IMG/VR virus record: IMGVR_UViG_3300026136_000184
Coordinates: 1 to 64,000 of that record
Length of the DNA stretch: 64,000 bases
Source of the DNA: an uncultured virus (IMG/VR IMGVR_UViG_3300026136_000184)
Lineage: Duplodnaviria > Heunggongvirae > Uroviricota > Caudoviricetes
Reading direction: 5' to 3' (one strand)
Shown here: in pieces, positions 58,511 to 64,000 of the stretch
How positions within the stretch are numbered: the stretch's first letter is position 1
How the letters are laid out: every line of letters begins with the position of its first letter
Translations under genes and position numbers: made by a program
Notes under the pieces: generated by a model
What the model was told of the DNA's origin: nothing
Seen by the model: the letters and a program-made list of their open reading frames with translations, nothing else
Databases searched by the model: none

Positions 58511-59434
58511 TTAAGAAGTCAACTCAACTAAAGTTGCGGCGAGTGATATCTCAGGGATACCTACTAACGGCAGATTTGCTAGACCATTTCTGATAACAAT
58601 GATATTTGCATCACGTTCTTCATTACTTGCCCCAAACAAGTCTAAGTTATCATACATCCAACGATATGTATCTTCGATTCTAGTAGGATACAATGCGATA
58701 TATTGCATCAATTGTTGTCTTGCTTCGATTAAATTACCGCTTTTAAACAAGTTTGTTGCTTCGACTAAAAGTTCATCTTCACTCTGGCCTTCACTCTGAG
58801 GGGCCCTCAGAGCGCCAGAACCGCTGTTTACTTGCAATTGATTAAGACACTTACGTAAGTCAGGATATGTTGCACGAACAAATGTATCTAAAACATCTAA
58901 TTCAAAGTCAACATTCTCTGTAACTAACACAGTTGCCGCTCTTGCTGTAAACTCTGTCATATCAGGCTTAGCAATATGATACTGATGACAACGAGACTTG
59001 AGTGCAGGAATGATCTTGTGAGCATAGTTACATGTCAAAATGTATCTAACAGTCTCATGGTATGCTTCCATATCATTTCTTAAGGCTGCCTGCGAGGGCT
59101 GAGTTAAATAATCTGCCTCGTCTAACAACACCACCTTGAACTTGCCGAACGGCATAGTCTGCACAAAGCCATTAATCTTTTCACGTAACATGTCAATACC
59201 ATTCTCACGTGATGCATTAATAGTCAATACGTCATATTCTTCGATACCTAATTCGTTGATCAGCACTTTTGCAAGTGTAGTTTTACCTGTACCGGGGTCA
59301 CCAGACATCAATAGATGAGGGAAACTATCCTCTGCTATCCAGTTCTGAACTTGTTCTTTTTGAATTGGATCTGTAAACACATAATCATCTACAGATAACG
59401 GACGATACTTTTCTACCCACAACTGATTCTTCAT
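58511..59434 (-). CDS. Clamp loader ATPase subunit (gp44/RFC-like)
   Basis: LWVEKYRP, GDPGTGKT, INAS, LDEAD, SRC, DLRK. Confidence 0.93.
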   Translation of the reverse strand: MKNQLWVEKYRPLSVDDYVFTDPIQKEQVQNWIAEDSFPHLLMSGDPGTGKTTLAKVLINELGIEEYDVLTINASRENGIDMLREKINGFVQTMPFGKFKVVLLDEADYLTQPSQAALRNDMEAYHETVRYILTCNYAHKIIPALKSRCHQYHIAKPDMTEFTARAATVLVTENVDFELDVLDTFVRATYPDLRKCLNQLQVNSGSGALRAPQSEGQSEDELLVEATNLFKSGNLIEARQQLMQYIALYPTRIEDTYRWMYDNLDLFGASNEERDANIIVIRNGLANLPLVGIPEISLAATLVELTS

Positions 59435-59466
59435 TGATACCTCATTGAGTTTAATTTAATACTGTT

Positions 59467-59495
59467 ATTATATAGGATTAACGAGTAGATGTCAA
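59467..59495 (-). promoter_or_regulatory. Consensus sigma70 promoter
   Basis: TTGACA-N17-TATAAT. Confidence 0.8.
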
Positions 59496-59510
59496 TCATT
59501 AATTAAAGAA

Positions 59511-59532
59511 AAAGGGCAACAATGTGCCCTTT
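59511..59532 (-). terminator. Rho-independent terminator
   Basis: AAAGGGCA-6 nt-TGCCCTTT with a U run on minus. Confidence 0.8.
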
Positions 59533-59535
59533 ATT

Positions 59536-59916
59536 TTAGTCTTCCCAACCGTCATCGTTTTCGTCATATACACCGTCGTTGTTTGTGTCACAATAACGTT
59601 GCCATGCTACCATATTAAATGTCAGACCTTCTGACCATGGAACATATGAGTCACACCATGCATGTGAGCCGACTGCCATGTCGTCATCAGTTCCGTTATC
59701 TACTTCAACATAATCACGCCGAGTAGTTTCCGGAAACTCTTTGAACTGATAAGTTCTACCGCTATTAAAAGTGCGTTGTTGATACAACTTACCTTTAGTA
59801 ACGTGAATCATTTCTCCTTCTGTAAGGGTCAATGTAGAACCATCGTCATAGTTGATAACTGTCTGGGCTGTAGCACCGAATGAAACTAGTGCTAAAATGA
59901 AAATAAAAAATTTCAT
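59536..59916 (-). CDS. Secreted protein with Ca-binding-like loop
   Basis: Start reassigned to MKFFIFILALVSFGATA (signal peptide) after GGAG; DTNNDGVYD. Confidence 0.65.
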   Translation of the reverse strand: MKFFIFILALVSFGATAQTVINYDDGSTLTLTEGEMIHVTKGKLYQQRTFNSGRTYQFKEFPETTRRDYVEVDNGTDDDMAVGSHAWCDSYVPWSEGLTFNMVAWQRYCDTNNDGVYDENDDGWED

Positions 59917-59980
59917 ATAGTCTCCTTTGAATTTTTCATTATATGTATTCACATGAACACATACGTCAAAAACCCGAACA

Positions 59981-60358
59981 CTATGCTCCTTCTTTATCTC
60001 CATATGCCATGTTAGTCTGTGGTTCATCACTTACTAACAAGCAATCTTTTGGGTCAACACAACGAATTGTCTTGTCCCCTTCTTCGTCTGTAATGTTAAT
60101 ACCACGTGTCCAACGACCATGTGCTACCATTACATATTGTCCTTCTTTAAGTTCAGTATTTGCTTGTGGACCAATAGAGTATACTTGTGCCCATCTAGGC
60201 TTAATTCCTGCAGATTTTTTATCATCGTCTACTAGAACGATACCAGATGCAAGTTTCTGTTCTCCAAACTCCATGCCGTGTACAATAATCTTATCACTAA
60301 TTGCTCTTAGTGTTTTGCACTTAATACGATTGATATTAGATTTAAGCCCTATTGCCAT
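59981..60358 (-). CDS. groES: Co-chaperonin GroES-like protein
   Basis: LRAISDKIIV, SGIVL, VYSIGP, LKEGQYV. Confidence 0.85.
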   Translation of the reverse strand: MAIGLKSNINRIKCKTLRAISDKIIVHGMEFGEQKLASGIVLVDDDKKSAGIKPRWAQVYSIGPQANTELKEGQYVMVAHGRWTRGINITDEEGDKTIRCVDPKDCLLVSDEPQTNMAYGDKEGA

Positions 60359-61116
60359 TACTTTTTACCCTTCTTTTTAGATTTTGCTTTTGGTTTTTCT
60401 GTTACGATGTTTTCTAATGCCGCTTTCTTAATTGCTTCGATATCAAAGTCTTCTTCAAGTTCTGCTAATTCAGCCTCTTCAGGATGCAGTTCTGTTTCTC
60501 CTTCTGCTGGGAAACTATCTGGAGCCTCGTCTGCTGACTTCATTACAAATTCTTCAGGCTCTACAGGGGGAATAGGAGCAATCTCTGCTTCAATAGGTGC
60601 TACGTATTCTTCTTGTTGTTGTGGTGTTTCGATAGTCGGCGAACCATTTGCATCATATCCTTCAACTACAGTTTCTTGCGGTATTTCTGCTACTGGTTGC
60701 ACACTTTCTTGCACTTTAGGTTTTGATTCTTCTACTAACTTGTCTAGCATAGGAGTCTCAGCCGGCGCCTTTTCTTCTACGGCGCCAGATTCTTGTGCTT
60801 TTGCCTCTTTTTCTAATGCTTCAAGTTCTCTCTTTTGCTTAGGAGATAACGGCGCATTTGGATTTGCACTTTTACTGAGATTAGGATTTTCAGGACGTTC
60901 TTGTAAACTTACTGCACCCTGTGTTCCTACTTGCGATGCATAAGAATCTGCAACTCTTTGCGTATTAGGTCTGACTACATTTCCTGCTTGATCAATCTCA
61001 TCACCACGTGAATTGATTGAATTAATATTACTAACAGCACGTGTCTTTTCTTGTTTCGCAATCAAAGACGCCATGTCTAATGATTTTCCTCTTGCCGTTT
61101 TATATATTCTTCCCAT
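60358..61116 (-). CDS. Hypothetical protein with acidic Pro/Glu-rich extension
   Basis: YKTARGKSLDM...NSRGDEI N-terminus followed by a low-complexity region. Confidence 0.7.
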   Translation of the reverse strand: MGRIYKTARGKSLDMASLIAKQEKTRAVSNINSINSRGDEIDQAGNVVRPNTQRVADSYASQVGTQGAVSLQERPENPNLSKSANPNAPLSPKQKRELEALEKEAKAQESGAVEEKAPAETPMLDKLVEESKPKVQESVQPVAEIPQETVVEGYDANGSPTIETPQQQEEYVAPIEAEIAPIPPVEPEEFVMKSADEAPDSFPAEGETELHPEEAELAELEEDFDIEAIKKAALENIVTEKPKAKSKKKGKK

Positions 61117-61124
61117 ATTGTTTC

Positions 61125-61631
61125 CTATTTTAAAAATTCTTCAACGTCTAAACCGTAGTATATACTATTTATACGGTGAATTCCTATCAAAAATAAAACA
61201 AAACTTGATACACTAGAGCCTCTTCCAACTCCCCATACAATATTATGTTCTCTCATCAAATCAACAAGATATTTCATATATTGTAAAAGCAGAAATTGTC
61301 CTCGTTTTTGATACAATAACAATTCTTTTCCTACTCGTTGAAGTTCTTCTTCATGTTTACATTGTTCCAGTAACCATGCGGCAATATCAAGTTCTCTGTA
61401 TTTCTGAGGCATATGCCATTTACTTCGCATTTCTTCATCAAAATCTGCGACTGAAACTTGTGCAAGTGTATGTTCTAATAACTCTGGGACATTTTCTATT
61501 TCAAGTTCTGGATCGATTTCTATTTTACCGTCAGTAAGAACGTGCTTTAACTTCTGATTCGGATTCTTCATGTAGATATCTACTAAATCTCGTTCAGTAT
61601 AGATAGGACGTCCGTAGTAATCGTTAATCAT
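61125..61631 (-). CDS. Stand-alone DNA polymerase III alpha (DnaE) fragment
   Basis: RV..EL, YLVD...VWGVGRGSSVSSFVLFLIGI..I....YGL..EEFL. Confidence 0.8.
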   Translation of the reverse strand: MINDYYGRPIYTERDLVDIYMKNPNQKLKHVLTDGKIEIDPELEIENVPELLEHTLAQVSVADFDEEMRSKWHMPQKYRELDIAAWLLEQCKHEEELQRVGKELLLYQKRGQFLLLQYMKYLVDLMREHNIVWGVGRGSSVSSFVLFLIGIHRINSIYYGLDVEEFLK

Positions 61632-61676
61632 ATGATATATTATACACTAATATAGTTGAAATACAAGCAAAAAGGT

Positions 61677-62249
61677 CTAACTCTTGGTAGATTTTTTACC
61701 CTTTTTGCTGAAGTTGAGTGATAGTTTTTCCCATTCATCATTAGAAAAAAGTTTTACGATATTGTTATCATCATCGATTGGTTTGGAATGTTCAATGCAA
61801 AGTGTACTACAGTTCCACCATTTAAAATTAGATTGATCTATATTATTTTCTACTATCTCTGAAACCGTACAGAATCGAACACCCTCACTTAAATGAGAAC
61901 TTAATGTACAGTCAGTTATTTTGATTCTTCCCTCAGCAATAGAATTAAATTTTTGCAAGAGTGCCATAGAAATAATTTGATCAAAGGGATCGTCTGGTAA
62001 TTCACAAACTCTAATACCTGCTTCTTTGTATTTTTTAATTTCTTTAACGTTGTTTTCGTTAATAAAGATGCAATTGTTTAATACATGTATAACGAAATGT
62101 ATTAGGCGCTCTAATGCGATGTTTTGTTCTGCAATGTCTTCTGTCTCTACTAACATAGATAAAGTCATTATATATTCATTTAGCATGAACGTGTCGGCAA
62201 AATGTATTGCAGTAGAGAAACCTAAATCTTTCTCTATTCTAGTACTCAT
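61677..62249 (-). CDS. Hypothetical phage protein
   Basis: 190 aa ORF in a co-oriented run. Confidence 0.65.
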   Translation of the reverse strand: MSTRIEKDLGFSTAIHFADTFMLNEYIMTLSMLVETEDIAEQNIALERLIHFVIHVLNNCIFINENNVKEIKKYKEAGIRVCELPDDPFDQIISMALLQKFNSIAEGRIKITDCTLSSHLSEGVRFCTVSEIVENNIDQSNFKWWNCSTLCIEHSKPIDDDNNIVKLFSNDEWEKLSLNFSKKGKKSTKS

Positions 62250-62485
62250 TTTCTATCTACTTTAATGTTATCACCTATGTCTTTTTCAGCAAATAACTTG
62301 TCTAGTTTTTTCTTTTGCTCGGCTTTGTAACTATTAAGAATCATATCTAATTGATTAATCATAGGTTGATTTTGTATGCGATGTGCAAATGTGATTTTGG
62401 TAGTAAGATCAGAAATTGCTTCTTGTAAATCTTCTATACTTTTATCAGAGAGATCACTAATAAATGGATGATGCATGCCTGACAT
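62246..62485 (-). CDS. Small coiled-coil phage protein
   Basis: 79 aa; GGAG RBS. Confidence 0.65.
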   Translation of the reverse strand: MSGMHHPFISDLSDKSIEDLQEAISDLTTKITFAHRIQNQPMINQLDMILNSYKAEQKKKLDKLFAEKDIGDNIKVDRK

Positions 62486-62495
62486 AGCCTACTCC

Positions 62496-63965
62496 TTAGA
62501 AAGAATCTAGTTTAACTCTTTTCCAAATATCGTGGCCTTGTGTGTATGTCGTGCCTAATGCTACGTTTGAACTAAATGTGTGATCTGCTAATGTTACATT
62601 GCCGTCTGCTACACCATTTGTACGTGATCGGCTTATTGATATTTTTGTGTTTGCACCACCTGTATCAATATCAGCAATATAATATGTAGTATTGGCTTCT
62701 ATTCCACCTGCGTTTAATTCTATTTCTCCACCTGAAAATACAATAGGTTGATTTAAACCGTATGATGCTATATTTGGAATTGTTGCTGTAAATTCTATCT
62801 GATCTGCTGTTGCAGTAGTCATCAATAAATTAGCAGTGTTTACTGTGCTATCAAATGTTCCAGTAGCATGATAAACATATTTAATAGGTGATACTTGCAT
62901 TGTGCTGTTACCAGTTGATAATGAAATGTTGCTACCACCTAATGTAGTGCTTACTGCAAAACTAGTATTATCTTCGACAAATGTTACATAATAATCTGTA
63001 CCCGCAGACACTCCTCCGAATACTGCATTGCCATTTTGTCCTGTAAACTCTACAGGCATACCTATATAAAATCCAGTAGTATTGTCTGTAATAAATGTAT
63101 TGTCACTGGCTGTACCAGTGCCTACTCCTACGCCAGTTGCTACAAAAGTAGTTCCTGGGTTGCTGTCTGCGGCACCAATTAAAGTAAAATCAGTGTCTCC
63201 TGTAGAAACAATAATATATTCTCTACCAATTACAAATGATCCTGCAGTAATAACGTTACCTGTATCAGTTACAGTCTGTGGTTCAATAACTGGATCAATT
63301 GCAACGTCACCATTTCTATCACCTACATAACCTGTAGGGGTAATTGCTTCTCTTTGTTCGATTTGCGAGATTTGATAACTTCTGTTAACTGGTTCTACTA
63401 CGATTGTATTACCACAATCAATGGTAGAAAAATCATATATGAGATTAGTTACATTGTGTGGTGCTTTAGCAATTGCTAAGTTACCACTAACTTCGATGTT
63501 GTTTTCTAAAATGTCTCCACTACCTACAACTTCAGCAGGGAATATTAAAAATGCATCAGTATTTGCAACTGTTAAGTCTAATGTTATAGTATGTTTTGTA
63601 GCAGTAGGTGCCCAACCTGCAAATTGAAACGTAGTGTTTCCTGTGATAGTTGCAAATTGTACGTCACCTAACGTACAATCAACTACAACTGATCCTGATA
63701 CGTTATTACCTAAATTATATGTAGTATTACGAAAAGTTCTAATAGCGGCATTACTAATTAAAGTATTAGCCATGTTATTATTAAGCGGGATATTATTTAG
63801 AGCCTGCTTAAGCACAGCCTTATCTTGCAATTCGGTAATTTCCTCGCCGGCTGTGTTTAAATTATTTTTGATAGACGTAAAGTTATCTCTAAAACCCTGA
63901 GAATTATTATTCTGTCCCGGGGTAGGATAGTTTCCGTTTATTCCGTTTGTATTAATTGTACTCAT
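62496..63965 (-). CDS. Virion structural/tail-fibre-like protein
   Basis: N-terminal YP..GQ.N.SQGFRDNF, T/N/G-rich beta repeats, C-terminal IWKRV.L; GATAAATA at 63990-63997. Confidence 0.75.
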   Translation of the reverse strand: MSTINTNGINGNYPTPGQNNNSQGFRDNFTSIKNNLNTAGEEITELQDKAVLKQALNNIPLNNNMANTLISNAAIRTFRNTTYNLGNNVSGSVVVDCTLGDVQFATITGNTTFQFAGWAPTATKHTITLDLTVANTDAFLIFPAEVVGSGDILENNIEVSGNLAIAKAPHNVTNLIYDFSTIDCGNTIVVEPVNRSYQISQIEQREAITPTGYVGDRNGDVAIDPVIEPQTVTDTGNVITAGSFVIGREYIIVSTGDTDFTLIGAADSNPGTTFVATGVGVGTGTASDNTFITDNTTGFYIGMPVEFTGQNGNAVFGGVSAGTDYYVTFVEDNTSFAVSTTLGGSNISLSTGNSTMQVSPIKYVYHATGTFDSTVNTANLLMTTATADQIEFTATIPNIASYGLNQPIVFSGGEIELNAGGIEANTTYYIADIDTGGANTKISISRSRTNGVADGNVTLADHTFSSNVALGTTYTQGHDIWKRVKLDSF

Positions 63966-64000
63966 AATTTATTTAATCTCTCAATATACTATTTATCAAC

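Noticed and set aside
60407..60943. 178 aa Ser-rich plus-strand ORF
   Set aside because: Antisense shadow of the Glu-rich gene 60358..61116.
1..64000. Stop-codon reassignment (TAG/TGA recoding as in some jumbo phages)
   Set aside because: Core genes are full length in the standard code, and TAG terminates complete genes such as galE (2492-2494).
1..64000. tRNA genes, CRISPR or other repeat-spacer arrays, IS elements
   Set aside because: Intergenic gaps are short and explained by promoters, terminators or microORFs. I saw no cloverleaf or periodic repeat by eye; tRNAscan and a repeat finder would be needed to exclude them fully.

Overview
This 64 kb window is AT-rich and gene-dense, with most genes on the minus strand. 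It looks like part of a large T4-superfamily-like (jumbo) myophage, probably aquatic or marine. Evidence for that: family B DNA polymerase, probable sliding clamp, clamp loader, GroES, PhoH, a tail-fibre-like protein, many (G/T)ATAAATA late promoters and TTGAC-N17-TATAAT sigma70-type promoters. Main blocks: (1) about 2.5-19.4 kb, a 7-deazaguanine pathway (folE, queD, queE, a DpdL-signature QueD paralogue, a TGT/DpdA-like transglycosylase, no queC) mixed with two GT-B glycosyltransferases, GalE, two nucleotidyltransferases, a purine PRTase, GuaC and IscU; (2) replication genes at 19.4-23.9 kb; (3) about 25.8-31.3 kb, a late enzyme operon (diiron ferritin-like protein, Cj1417-like amidohydrolase, APS-kinase/nucleotidyltransferase fusion, cupins, sulfotransferase-like proteins, ACP-like/methyltransferase fusion); (4) about 31.3-51 kb, modular proteins that share an N-terminal M(R/K)xxE/D..(I/L)xE motif, internal (L/I/V)xE sites and an ELxxI(K/R)xLSG motif, suggesting protease-processed virion cargo; (5) chaperone/protease genes, PRMT-like and SET methyltransferases, and a DnaE fragment. 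I saw no tRNA, rRNA, CRISPR array or IS element. All family calls are by-eye motif recognition, not database searches.
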